Shown: positions 1 through 9,016 of the stretch, piece by piece | How the letters are laid out: the number at the start of each line of letters is the position of its first letter | Position numbering within the stretch: the first letter of the stretch is position 1 | From: Candidatus Micrarchaeota archaeon | Lineage (GTDB): Archaea > Micrarchaeota > Micrarchaeia > Micrarchaeales > CABMGC01 | NCBI GenBank assembly: GCA_021811535.1 | Contig: JAJZOF010000020.1 | Coordinates: 106,894 to 170,893, forward strand | Direction: 5' to 3' | DNA length: 64,000 nucleotides | The notes under the pieces: generated by a model | Seen by the model: the letters and a program-made list of their open reading frames with translations, nothing else | Told to the model about the DNA's origin: nothing | Databases searched by the model: none | Made by a program: the position numbers and the translations under genes

Positions 1-1
1 A

Positions 2-871
2 GGGGAGAATGTTGAGCTGTGCAGGGAAGATGCGGGAGCTTTTGAGGAGCTTGTGCGCGGAATGGACAAGACAAAGAAACTTTTCATAATACTAAATACC
101 GAGGGAGGGGATCCTGACGCTGCTGAGAAGATAGTCAACATATTCAGGAACGAATTCAAAGGAGGAGTAGAGGTAATAGTCCCTGACTATGCAAAAAGCG
201 CAGGCACACTTATCTCTATAGGGGCTGACAAGATAATCATGGGTCCTGCCGCTGAACTTGGTCCTGTGGATCCGCAGATATTCGTAAGCAATCCCAAACA
301 TCCTGAAGATGCCATGTTTTTCTCTGCGAGGAAGGAGCTTGACACACTTGAGTATATAGAAAGGAAACTGAAGAAGGATCCTGAACTTCTGGGCCTTTAT
401 GAGCGCATGCTTAGCAAGATGAGCCTCGAGTTGTATGGCGAGTGCATCGCCGGTGTGAAATACTTCACTGCCCTCGCGGAGCGGCTGCTCAGTGAAGGCG
501 CAATGGCTGGCAAGAGCAGCGGCGAGATATCGAAGACTGTAAAGGTCCTGATAGGATATACGGAGTATTCGCTTCATTCGGGAGTGATAAGTGGCAAGAC
601 TGCCAGGGATAAACTTGGCATGAACGTCGAGATCATGCGCTCCGATGACGAGACATGGAATCTTATAATGGATTATTACAAGAATGCCACAGGGGGAATG
701 GAGTATTCTGGAGCAGGGAAGGTTATAGAGGGGACAGAAGTTTCCAAAGTACTTATCGGGGATTCCTACCTTGATATCGTGCAGAAACGTGGCAGGAGGA
801 AAGCGGAGAAGCCCGAGGGCGGACATACAGAGAATAGTGCGGAGGTAGCTCTTGCAAGGGCAAGAAGATAG
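2..871 (+). CDS. ClpP/SppA-fold serine peptidase (SDH-family-like), probably 5'-truncated by the window edge
   Basis: The frame is open from nt 2; the first listed start is GTG at 53. Motifs LFIILNTEGGDPDAAEKI and PDYAKSAGTLISIGADKIIMGPAAELGPVDPQ resemble ClpP/crotonase-fold peptidases. Confidence 0.6.
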   Translation, partial: GENVELCREDAGAFEELVRGMDKTKKLFIILNTEGGDPDAAEKIVNIFRNEFKGGVEVIVPDYAKSAGTLISIGADKIIMGPAAELGPVDPQIFVSNPKHPEDAMFFSARKELDTLEYIERKLKKDPELLGLYERMLSKMSLELYGECIAGVKYFTALAERLLSEGAMAGKSSGEISKTVKVLIGYTEYSLHSGVISGKTARDKLGMNVEIMRSDDETWNLIMDYYKNATGGMEYSGAGKVIEGTEVSKVLIGDSYLDIVQKRGRRKAEKPEGGHTENSAEVALARARR

Positions 872-897
872 AGTACGCAAAATCGGTCCAGATTGGA

Positions 898-1806
898 TTA
901 GCCCAGGGTGGCTATTATCCCGTCTATAAGGCCGTTTACCCCTATGCCACCTGTTGATCTTACGCTCAGCCTGTGGCTGAGGACGGGTTTCGCCAGGAAT
1001 TTTATATCGTCTACATTTGCCTCTGCCCTTCCGTTTATAAGCGCGCGTGCCTTGGCTGCACGCATGAATGCTATATCCGCCCTGGGGCTTGCGCCCATGA
1101 CGATATGTATATCCTTCCTTGTAGCATCAACTATTTTCGTTATGTACTCGACGACGCTATCGCTTATCAATATGTTCTTCGAAGCGTCCTGCATGGCTAT
1201 AATGTCGCTTGTGCCTATTATCTTCTTGACCTCAACGTGCTCCTCGCGCTCCTTCAGCCTTATCATCTGCTGCTCCTCGATCATGCTTGGATAATCCACG
1301 CTTATCCTGACCAGGAACCTGTCGGCGAGGACTTTTGGAAGCGCCTCTGTGCCTTCTATCCTAAGGGGATTCTGAGTTGCAAATGCGGCGAAAGGTTTGG
1401 GAAGCTCCAGATTCTCGCCGCCTGCAGTTACCTGCTTTTCCTCAAGGGCTTCAAGGAATGAGCTCATTGTCTTCTGCGGGGCCCTGTTAAGCTCGTCTAT
1501 AAGCAGTATATTGGTGAATATCGGGCCTTTGTTGAATTTTATCTCGTTCTTCTCGTCTAGGAATGTGTATCCTATTATGTCCCTTATCTCCAGGTCGCCG
1601 GTGCCCTGCACTCTCTTGAAGTCAGCGTCTATTGTCTGTGCAAGGGTCTTGCTCATCGTGGTCTTTGCTACGCCAGGGACTCCCTCAAGAAGCGCGTGTC
1701 CCTGCGCTATCATAGTTATGAACATTAGCTCTATGGTGTCTTCCTTGCCTGCTATGTGCTTCTTGAATTCAGTCTTTACCTGCTCGTAGGCAGTTTTTGG
1801 GTCCAT
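898..1806 (-). CDS. MoxR-family AAA+ ATPase
   Basis: 302 aa. Walker A is EGVPGVAKT and Walker B is ILLIDELNRAP. QNPLRIEGTEALPKVLADRF is typical of MoxR. Confidence 0.85.
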   Translation of the reverse strand: MDPKTAYEQVKTEFKKHIAGKEDTIELMFITMIAQGHALLEGVPGVAKTTMSKTLAQTIDADFKRVQGTGDLEIRDIIGYTFLDEKNEIKFNKGPIFTNILLIDELNRAPQKTMSSFLEALEEKQVTAGGENLELPKPFAAFATQNPLRIEGTEALPKVLADRFLVRISVDYPSMIEEQQMIRLKEREEHVEVKKIIGTSDIIAMQDASKNILISDSVVEYITKIVDATRKDIHIVMGASPRADIAFMRAAKARALINGRAEANVDDIKFLAKPVLSHRLSVRSTGGIGVNGLIDGIIATLG

Positions 1807-1900
1807 TTGAAATACCGCTCGTTAGCTGGATTATTTTTATAGCAAGGAAAGGTTTAAATTAAGTGTTTTACAGAACTATGAATGAATAACAAGTGAGAGC

Positions 1901-2242
1901 ATGATAGGAAAAGGTAGCAGGAGCAGCAGAATAGCCACTCTTCCGGAGGTGCTGGGTATTTTGGAAGAGCGCAAGAAGGATGACAGCGAGCAGTTTGGAT
2001 ATGAGCTTGAGCTCTCTTATGAGTATGCAAAGCGCTTTTCATCTCTCGGGGATGAGAAGGGAAAGAAGATGAAGGATGAGCTTGTCGAGCTGGGGCTTAG
2101 CCAGAAGGCAGCGGCAAAGGTCATGGAGGTAATGCCTATAAATGTACTTCAGCTCAAGCAGGTCCTGGTTATGGAAAAGAAAACATACGAGGAAGATGAG
2201 CTTGCCAAGGTAATTGCCACAGTGGACAAGTACAGGCAGTGA
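1901..2242 (+). CDS. rpoF: RNA polymerase subunit Rpo4 (RpoF/Rpb4 family)
   Basis: 113 aa with the Rpb4-like pattern (YELELSYEYAKRFS...ELGLSQKAAAKVMEVMP). Sits in the conserved archaeal neighbourhood with L21e and DUF655. Confidence 0.75.
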   Translation: MIGKGSRSSRIATLPEVLGILEERKKDDSEQFGYELELSYEYAKRFSSLGDEKGKKMKDELVELGLSQKAAAKVMEVMPINVLQLKQVLVMEKKTYEEDELAKVIATVDKYRQ

Positions 2243-2257
2243 ATCGAAGCGGGGGAG

Positions 2258-2851
2258 ATGGTGGCGATGTTGGATAAAGTTCAGAAAAAGGAGGACCTGG
2301 AGGAATATGCAGTGGTGCTTGATTATCTTCCCACCGGGCGCTCGTATTCTGCCAAATCCGAGCCGATAGTGCAGCTTGTCGGTGAGAATAAGTTTACGCT
2401 TCTTGAGGCTGTGCCTAAGACCAACGAGATAAAGATAGGAGAGCGGGTATACATAGGCAAGGGAGAACGCGACAAGATAGCGATAATAAAAGGCAGGCTT
2501 AATTATAATGAGCTTAGCGAAGGAGCGAGAAACGAGCTTGTTATTGCGGTTTACGGAATAATAAAAAGCAACGAGGCCAGGTTTGTGGAAGTCTTCAACA
2601 GCGCATCGCCGCTTAATATAAGGATGCATGCGCTTGAGCTGCTTCCTGGTATAGGGAAGAGGCACCTGAGTGCGATCCTTGAGGCACGCGAAGATAAGAA
2701 ATTCGAGAGCTTTGAGGATATAACCAAGAGGGTTAGCCTGCTACAGGATCCGATAAAGCTTCTAGCTGACAGGGTAATAGAGGAGCTTAAAGGAGACAGC
2801 AGGTTCTATATGCTTACCAGACCGGCTGCTGCTCCGCATCAGAGATTCTGA
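2258..2851 (+). CDS. DUF655-type nucleic-acid-binding protein (OB fold plus helix-hairpin-helix)
   Basis: 197 aa. Motifs LDYLPTGR, FTLLEAVPK and HALELLPGIGKRH. Conserved partner of rpoF and rpl21e in archaea. Confidence 0.7.
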   Translation: MVAMLDKVQKKEDLEEYAVVLDYLPTGRSYSAKSEPIVQLVGENKFTLLEAVPKTNEIKIGERVYIGKGERDKIAIIKGRLNYNELSEGARNELVIAVYGIIKSNEARFVEVFNSASPLNIRMHALELLPGIGKRHLSAILEAREDKKFESFEDITKRVSLLQDPIKLLADRVIEELKGDSRFYMLTRPAAAPHQRF

Positions 2852-2909
2852 GAGTATAAGAACCTTGGTAAGGCATCGGCATACGTTTTGAGAGCCTGTG
2901 TTAGCTACG

Positions 2910-3212
2910 TTAATCCTTTGGTTTTGAGAAGATCTCAAGGTGGACCTGATTCACTACAAGAGTCCTCGACGTTGATTTTGAGACGTTAAGCTTTACCACG
3001 TACGCATTGCCGCGGCGCTCAAGCACTGTGGCAACCCTGCCTCTGTACCTAGGATGCGGTATATCCTTGAAATTGCCTTTTGGGACTATTACCACCTTGT
3101 CCCCCTCCTTGAAGCTCTTGAGCCGGCTTGATATGCTCAGCCTTGAGGGCTTGTGATGCCTGGAGAGGTGCCTCGTCCTGCCTACAAAAAGACCATGGGA
3201 TCGTTCAGTCAT
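2910..3212 (-). CDS. rpl21e: 50S ribosomal protein L21e
   Basis: Begins at internal Met43 (MTERSHGLFVGRTRHL...GDKVVIVPKG...HPRYRGRVATV). The longer ORF reaching 3338 would overlap the divergent TBP-like gene. Confidence 0.85.
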   Translation of the reverse strand: MTERSHGLFVGRTRHLSRHHKPSRLSISSRLKSFKEGDKVVIVPKGNFKDIPHPRYRGRVATVLERRGNAYVVKLNVSKSTSRTLVVNQVHLEIFSKPKD

Positions 3213-3299
3213 TAAGCTAACCTGCAGAATTATATCTTTCTTTTTAAACCCAATATATAAATACCTTTCATAATTATATTTAAATGTATTGGTGTATCC
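3213..3299. promoter_or_regulatory. AT-rich divergent promoter region (rpl21e <-> TBP-like gene)
   Basis: TATA-like elements: tttttaaa at 3241-3248, atatataaata at 3253-3263 and tatttaaat at 3277-3285. GGTG at 3291-3294 precedes ATG 3300. Confidence 0.5.
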
Positions 3300-3611
3300 A
3301 TGGTTGCCAAAAACAAGCCTAAAGGAAGCCTGCTGCATCCGACATTCAAGATAGAGAACATAGTCGCAAGCGCAGACCTTGGCGTTGAACTTGATCTTTA
3401 TAGCATAGCGAAGGCCTCACCTGATGTAGACTATGAGCCAGAGCAGTTTCCTGGAGCTATCTGCAAGATACACGAGCCTAAGACCGCGCTGCTTCTCTTC
3501 AAGAATGGGAAGATAATATGCACCGGGGCGAAGACAGAGGCGGATATAAGGAAGGCAATAGACCAGGTAGTGAAGATCGTTAAGGATTATATAATAACGA
3601 CGCAGGAATAG
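3300..3611 (+). CDS. TATA-box-binding-protein homologue with only one TBP repeat (103 aa)
   Basis: ENIVASADLGVELDLYSIA...YEPEQFPGAICKIHEPKTALLLFKNGKIICTGAKTEADIRKAI matches one canonical TBP repeat. The stop lies 5 nt before the convergent dedA stop. Confidence 0.8.
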   Translation: MVAKNKPKGSLLHPTFKIENIVASADLGVELDLYSIAKASPDVDYEPEQFPGAICKIHEPKTALLLFKNGKIICTGAKTEADIRKAIDQVVKIVKDYIITTQE

Positions 3612-3615
3612 ACGC

Positions 3616-4230
3616 TCATCCTGGATTCCTTATCTTTTTCATGCTGATGCGGTATATTGCGTAGAGTATTACGCATATGACCGCAATGTATGCTATCACA
3701 GAGTAGATGTTAGAAGAAGTTATTCCGTAAAACCCGAATGCTATAAGCGCAACATCCCATATGAATGACCCTGCCATCGAGTATGCTATAAACTTCTTTT
3801 TTGGCATCCTTGCGAAGCCTGCTGGGAAGTTTATCAGTCCCCTCACTACAGGAAGCATCCTTGAGATGAACACGGCAAAGCTGCCGTTTCTCTCAAACCA
3901 GGAATCGAATGCCTTGACATCCTTTTCCTTTATATGGAACGTGCCCAGGTGCTTGTATACTACATCCTTCTCGAAGAAATATGCTATATAATAATCGACC
4001 ATGAATCCAATCATGCCTGCAGCAAGGGCAACCACGAGGGCAGCATACGGATCCAGGAGGCCCTTGAAGGAGAAGTATCCTATCAGGGGAAGTATGACTT
4101 CGCTCGGTATAGGGATGGATGCGGACTCAAGCAGCATCAGCAAGAATATGGCATAATATCCATAAGACGTTATTAGCTGGCTTATTACGCTATAAGATCC
4201 CGCAAGTATGCTTACTGCTAATGGCAACAT
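3616..4230 (-). CDS. DedA-family (SNARE-associated) membrane protein
   Basis: GYYAIFLLMLLESASIPIPSEVILPLIGY is the DedA signature. Met22 is chosen as start to avoid a divergent overlap with pelota; the ORF is open to 4293. Confidence 0.8.
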   Translation of the reverse strand: MLPLAVSILAGSYSVISQLITSYGYYAIFLLMLLESASIPIPSEVILPLIGYFSFKGLLDPYAALVVALAAGMIGFMVDYYIAYFFEKDVVYKHLGTFHIKEKDVKAFDSWFERNGSFAVFISRMLPVVRGLINFPAGFARMPKKKFIAYSMAGSFIWDVALIAFGFYGITSSNIYSVIAYIAVICVILYAIYRISMKKIRNPG

Positions 4231-4273
4231 ACTTATTTCTAATACTATCAAGCTTAAAATTGGTAAGGTATGA

Positions 4274-5299
4274 ATGAAGGTAATACACTTCAATGACGAG
4301 AGCGGAGAGATGAAGATACGTCCGGACTCCTTCGACGACCTTTATCTCCTTGCGATAGTCATATCTCCTGAAGACATGGTGGAATCCGAGAGTACTAGGA
4401 AATTCCGTGCTGATGAAGGCGACACTGGGGAGCAGAAGAAGGTTGTGATAAAGCTCTCCGTGGAGAAGCTTGAGGTGGACAAGAATGCGGCCAGGCTCAG
4501 GGTTGCGGGAAAGATAGTCTCTGGGAGGCCTGAGGAATTCGTGAGAATGGGGAGTTATCATACATTAAACGTGGCAGTGGGAGATGTGGTAAAGATATGG
4601 AAGGCGGAATGGAAGGACTATATCCTAAATAGGCTTAGGCAGGCAGTCATTGCTTCGGGGAAACCGCGGCTTGGAGTGGCGCTTCTTGACGATGAGAGGG
4701 CGCTATTTGCATACATACGCGGATACGGGATAGATATTATAACGGAGATCTACAGCAGGCTCAGCAAGAGGATGAGCGAGAAGGATTACGCATCATGCAG
4801 GAAGGCATATTTTGAGACGATACTCAGGCTGATATCTGGCATGGACGTGGAGCTTGTCGTTGTTGCAGGGCCCGGCTTTACAAAGGATGACCTAAGGGTG
4901 TATATAGATGGGCTGCGCGACAAGCCCGCGAAGAAGATCATATATTCATGGGCGAGCGACGTAGAGCGTTCCGGGATAAGGGAGGTTATGCAGAGCCGTG
5001 AACTCGCCAAGTTTATCGAGGGGGAAAGGGTCGCGAAGGAGTTCGCTTACCTGAACGAATTCATGATGCAGCTCAGGCTTGGCTCTGCCACTTACGGCGT
5101 GGAGAGGGTTATGGAGAAGGTGGGGGGAGGCATGGCCAAGACAATAATGGTAAATGATTCTGCGCTCGGGGATAAGAGGATAAGGAAGGTCCTTGACGAG
5201 GCTGAAAAAAATGGCGTGGGGATAGAGATATTCAACGCAGACGACGATGCAGGGATCCAGCTCAGGAATTTCGGCGATATAGCAGTCTGCGCCGCGTGA
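4274..5299 (+). CDS. pelA: Pelota (Dom34) mRNA-surveillance / ribosome-rescue factor
   Basis: 341 aa. N-terminus MKVIHFNDESGEMKIRPDSFDDLYLL and eRF1-like domains. Confidence 0.85.
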   Translation: MKVIHFNDESGEMKIRPDSFDDLYLLAIVISPEDMVESESTRKFRADEGDTGEQKKVVIKLSVEKLEVDKNAARLRVAGKIVSGRPEEFVRMGSYHTLNVAVGDVVKIWKAEWKDYILNRLRQAVIASGKPRLGVALLDDERALFAYIRGYGIDIITEIYSRLSKRMSEKDYASCRKAYFETILRLISGMDVELVVVAGPGFTKDDLRVYIDGLRDKPAKKIIYSWASDVERSGIREVMQSRELAKFIEGERVAKEFAYLNEFMMQLRLGSATYGVERVMEKVGGGMAKTIMVNDSALGDKRIRKVLDEAEKNGVGIEIFNADDDAGIQLRNFGDIAVCAA

Positions 5300-5306
5300 G
5301 CACGCG

Positions 5307-6365
5307 TCAGGTAAATGAGAATGCCTGCGTGCCTGGGCCGCATGCATCGGTCCATAGGACAGCGAGTTCGTATATGCCGCTGTTAAGAACCGCGTTTGCA
5401 GAGGCGTACTTTGTCGATTGCGTAGCTCCCCATGTTGAACCGGATGCGAACGGGCTTATCCATCCTGAACCCTTTGCCAGGAGAGGCCGGTAATAGGCCA
5501 TTATGGCAGACTGCCCTTCCACCTGCATAGTAACCGGAGTGGAAGGCTCGGGCACGTATATATCGGTGTACGCTATTGAGAGTGTGGAATTGTAAGGTGA
5601 ATTGCATGCAACATTGCTTGAGTTGAGGGAGGATGTGGTTATGGTGTATGATGTGGCGGGATGGTCAAGATAGTAGCTGCCCAGATTCGATGAGTTTGTC
5701 GTAAATGCATACCCGTTAGACCCGAATAGATAAGATGAGACCCAGTATCCGTTCTGCATTATCGTATAGTTTTCGGGAAGGGTGGGAACGAGACGTATCT
5801 CGCTGAATGCGGGGAGCTGCTCGCTTGCAGGACCATGCATGGCAATTACGCTAAATAGGCTTTCATTGCGCGAAGTGGCATATAGCGTGAAATATCCTGA
5901 GTAGTTTACCGGGGTGTAGGAGCATGCGCTTCTTTGCACGGAATTTATCCCAGAGTTGCAGTACTGGACTGACGCTTTGTAAGACCCGCTGACCGCAGCC
6001 CCCTGTGATTCCGCGGCGCTGAACTCGATCAGACATGATGTAGTGCCTCCTGGATATACCAGATTTGGTGAGCAGGCACCGATGCCCGTCTGGTTCTGGC
6101 TCGTCACTATGCTTATGTTTGTCACGTTGACAGGAATAGGATTGGAGTTCGAGAGGAGCAGCTGGACTGCGGAGTAGCCATACTGCTGGGACGTGTAAAG
6201 GTAGCCCTGCAGGCATCCCAGGTTGCCGAGAGAACCGCATTCGCTCTTCTGATATACGGAGGTTGCAGGAAATGCTATGGCAAATACGGCGGTAAGGAAG
6301 ATTGCGAGTAGTATGAAGAGGAAGCCGTAGGTTATAAGGAATTCCATGGCTGCCTGCGTCTTCAC
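5307..6365 (-). CDS. Class III signal peptide (archaeal type IV pilin-like) secreted protein
   Basis: N-terminus MKTQAAMEFLITYGFLFILLAIFL has Q(+1)...E(+5) followed by a hydrophobic helix. The remainder is S/T/N-rich with many N-x-S/T sequons. Confidence 0.7.
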   Translation of the reverse strand: MKTQAAMEFLITYGFLFILLAIFLTAVFAIAFPATSVYQKSECGSLGNLGCLQGYLYTSQQYGYSAVQLLLSNSNPIPVNVTNISIVTSQNQTGIGACSPNLVYPGGTTSCLIEFSAAESQGAAVSGSYKASVQYCNSGINSVQRSACSYTPVNYSGYFTLYATSRNESLFSVIAMHGPASEQLPAFSEIRLVPTLPENYTIMQNGYWVSSYLFGSNGYAFTTNSSNLGSYYLDHPATSYTITTSSLNSSNVACNSPYNSTLSIAYTDIYVPEPSTPVTMQVEGQSAIMAYYRPLLAKGSGWISPFASGSTWGATQSTKYASANAVLNSGIYELAVLWTDACGPGTQAFSFT

Positions 6366-6442
6366 CTTCTCACCTATTATTTTTTGTATCGCAAGCTTAT
6401 TATAGTATAATTTGTTTTATAATTGATTTTTTGGAATTTGAG

Positions 6443-7234
6443 ATGGCCTTTAACCCGAAGAGGAAGAAGCTTGGGCAGGTTTTCCTTGCAGATGCAAACA
6501 TAGCAGAGAAGGAGGCAGAGTATGGAAGGGGCAGGAATGTGCTTGAGATAGGGCCCGGGTATGGGACCCTGACAGAGCGGCTCTGCGCGGTAGCCGAATC
6601 GGTCCTTGCTGTTGAGAAGGATGAGCGGTTATACAGGTACCTTAGGCAGAGCATGCACCGCAGGAATCTGAGACTCGTAAACATGGACTTCCTTAAGATG
6701 GGCGATGATGAGATAAGGCGAAGCAATGTGAATATATTGATATCCAACATACCATACAACATATCAAGCCGGATAATAGGGTGGATATCTTCGCATGATA
6801 TACCTGCCTTTATATGCGTGCAGAAGGAATTTGCGGAGCATATGAGCGCAGGCAGCGGCACGCGCGACTACTCAAACCTAAGCGTGATGTGCGCGCTCAA
6901 GCTGCATGTAGTGGAGATGATGGATGTAAGCAGGTACTGCTTCAGGCCTGTGCCGAAGGTTGACTCCGAGATAATTTATGTGAAGCCTCTTGGGACGCAG
7001 ATGGAGGTGGAGGAGGAACGCATGATCTCGCTCCTTATGCAGCATAAGAAAAAGACGGTCAGAAAAGCATTCGTCTCCATAAGGAAGAGCATAGGGATGG
7101 AGAAGGAAGCTATAGACAGGATGCTCTCTGGAAACAGGTACATCGATAGGAGAGTGTTTAAGATGGAGCCGGAAGAGCTGCTTGACCTCGCAAGGTCTGT
7201 ATCGGTGGACCTGCGAAAGCGTGGGCTAGAATGA
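6443..7234 (+). CDS. ksgA: 16S/18S rRNA dimethyladenosine transferase (KsgA/Dim1/RsmA)
   Basis: Motifs GQVFLAD, SAM motif VLEIGPGYGTLT and NIPYNISS. ATG 6443 is preferred over TTG 6431. Confidence 0.85.
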   Translation: MAFNPKRKKLGQVFLADANIAEKEAEYGRGRNVLEIGPGYGTLTERLCAVAESVLAVEKDERLYRYLRQSMHRRNLRLVNMDFLKMGDDEIRRSNVNILISNIPYNISSRIIGWISSHDIPAFICVQKEFAEHMSAGSGTRDYSNLSVMCALKLHVVEMMDVSRYCFRPVPKVDSEIIYVKPLGTQMEVEEERMISLLMQHKKKTVRKAFVSIRKSIGMEKEAIDRMLSGNRYIDRRVFKMEPEELLDLARSVSVDLRKRGLE

Positions 7235-7903
7235 ATACTGCGCTTCCTGTATCTCGTCGAGCACTACCCCCTTTTTTACTTTATCTAGGAAGAGCCTCTC
7301 GGCTTTTTTAGACTCTTCCATTCCAAGGAGAGCCTTGTAGTGCATTGGGGCATATATCTCCGATGTTATCTTTCCTGCGGCTTCTATCACCTCCTCCACG
7401 TTCATCGTGTATGTGCCCCCCATTGGAAGAAGGGACATGTCCGCTTTTATGCCTGACATCTCGTCTATAAGGTCAGTATCCCCTGCATGATAAAGGCTCT
7501 TCCCTCCTATGTGGGCTATGTATCCTACCCATCCGTTCTTACGCGGGTGCGCATGAAGCCGCGCCTCGACTCTGTTGTACGCAGGCACGGTCTTGAAGAT
7601 GAACCCTGAATCCCTGTGCTCTTCGCCAGGCTTGACGCCTTTTGCACGACCTTTCTCTATCTTCCCTATGCTGTCCATCGGAAGGTATATGCGGGTATCG
7701 CTGTCAGCTATCTTGTTGATGTCTTCTATGCTCAGGTGGTCCTGATGAGGGTGCGTTATAAGTATGATGTCAGCATGCGGGTATTCGCCCTTAAGCCTGA
7801 ATGGATCTATGTATATCCTCTGCTCGGATGATTCTATAACAAAACTTGCGTGCCCTATCCATTTTATGTTTTCTTCTATCTTCAATAAAACACCCTTGCA
7901 CAA
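7226..7903 (-). CDS. Metallo-beta-lactamase-fold hydrolase (UPF0173-like)
   Basis: Motifs ILITHPHQDHL and HAGDT. Confidence 0.8.
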   Translation of the reverse strand: MCKGVLLKIEENIKWIGHASFVIESSEQRIYIDPFRLKGEYPHADIILITHPHQDHLSIEDINKIADSDTRIYLPMDSIGKIEKGRAKGVKPGEEHRDSGFIFKTVPAYNRVEARLHAHPRKNGWVGYIAHIGGKSLYHAGDTDLIDEMSGIKADMSLLPMGGTYTMNVEEVIEAAGKITSEIYAPMHYKALLGMEESKKAERLFLDKVKKGVVLDEIQEAQYSF

Positions 7904-7945
7904 TAGTTATTTAAATGAGAAAAAAGATTAATCTTTGGTGGTGGA

Positions 7946-9016
7946 GTGGCAGTTGCAGTTGCCGAGAGACATAAGCTAAGGGAGCTTAGCATGCTCCATA
8001 GGAAACATCTGCAGGAACATGAGAAGATGTTTGTGCATGCAAGGGATGCACATGCAGAAGAGATAGTGCCTTTCCACGAGAGCAGGGTTGACGTAGACGG
8101 ATTAAGTGTAAATTACATAGACGAAGGGCGGAAAGACGCAAAGATACTGCTTCTTGTACACGGTGGCGGTGATTCTTCTTCGTATAATTCATGGAGGCTT
8201 AACATAGAGGAACTCAGCAGGAGCTATAGGGTGATAGCACCAGACCTGCCAGGATTCGGGAAGACACAGAAACCAGACAAGAAATGCACGCTTGATTATT
8301 ATGTAAACGAATTTATGCCGAAGTTCATTGAATCAGTTGGCCTATCAGGACATAAGCTCCTCTTGGCGGGTAGTTCTATGGGAGGAGGAATAGTACTCGG
8401 CTACGCGTTAGACCATCCCGAGATGGTAGAGAAGCAGATACTTATCGGAAGCTATGGGCTTTATGACCGGTCTTTCTCAAGGCTTGCCAACAGGCTTGCA
8501 CATATGCCGCATTTCAGCTACAGGGCTTTTGAGCTCATGAGAACGCGTGCAGGAAAGGTACTTGATTTCATCGTGGGGTTGTCCCTCTTGGATGCAATAA
8601 AGGAGCATGACATGCTAGTAAACATTAAAGAAGTCAGGGAACATGATATCAGGCCGGCGTTCTTTGATTTCCTGGATGACCAGATAACCAAGAATGGGTT
8701 CAGGACAAATTACTCGAAAAGGGTAGGCGAACTCTCGGAGAACGGGATACAGACTATGATAGTGCATGGAACTGAGGATCCTCTCTTCCCCATAAAAGAC
8801 ATATTGAAAGTTGCAGAGAGGATAAAGGACTGCAGGTTCTACGAGATGAACGGATGCGGCCACAGCCCGCAGCTGAAGGATCCTGATTCATTCAATGCGA
8901 CTGTGCTCGAGTTCCTTTCGGCAGAGGCACAGGGAGCCGTAATGGAAGAGGCATCCAGAAGGAGGCACTGGCCTCTCGGAATGAAGCTATTCAGGTGGAA
9001 GTGGAGCGAGGCTTAG
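7946..9016 (+). CDS. Alpha/beta-fold hydrolase
   Basis: LLLVHGGG, nucleophile elbow GSSMGGG and C-terminal GCGH. SD-like ggtggtgga sits directly upstream of GTG 7946. Confidence 0.8.
   Translation: MAVAVAERHKLRELSMLHRKHLQEHEKMFVHARDAHAEEIVPFHESRVDVDGLSVNYIDEGRKDAKILLLVHGGGDSSSYNSWRLNIEELSRSYRVIAPDLPGFGKTQKPDKKCTLDYYVNEFMPKFIESVGLSGHKLLLAGSSMGGGIVLGYALDHPEMVEKQILIGSYGLYDRSFSRLANRLAHMPHFSYRAFELMRTRAGKVLDFIVGLSLLDAIKEHDMLVNIKEVREHDIRPAFFDFLDDQITKNGFRTNYSKRVGELSENGIQTMIVHGTEDPLFPIKDILKVAERIKDCRFYEMNGCGHSPQLKDPDSFNATVLEFLSAEAQGAVMEEASRRRHWPLGMKLFRWKWSEA

Noticed and set aside
92-880. Long antisense ORFs opposite well-supported genes. Examples are 92-880 (-), 10669-11478 (+), 12155-12781 (+), 18823-19611 (-), 43809-44543 (-), 47143-48108 (-) and 58540-59202 (-).
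   Set aside because: Each lies fully inside a gene with clear family motifs on the other strand and has low-complexity or odd composition (S/L/C/R-rich). These are shadow ORFs, not genes.
898-1806. MoxR ATPase as part of a MoxR-VWA/DUF58 system or paired with the adjacent ClpP-fold peptidase.
   Set aside because: The peptidase is convergent rather than co-transcribed, and no VWA or DUF58 partner is visible in the window. There is not enough here to propose a system.
2910-3338. 5'-extended versions of several ORFs from the six-frame track: 2910-3338, 22207-23208, 23755-24348, 28227-29492, 33141-35993, 14412-15371 and 62298-63260.
   Set aside because: The extensions overlap divergent genes, promoters or a tRNA and add non-homologous residues. 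Internal starts give N-termini matching the families, so shorter coordinates were used.
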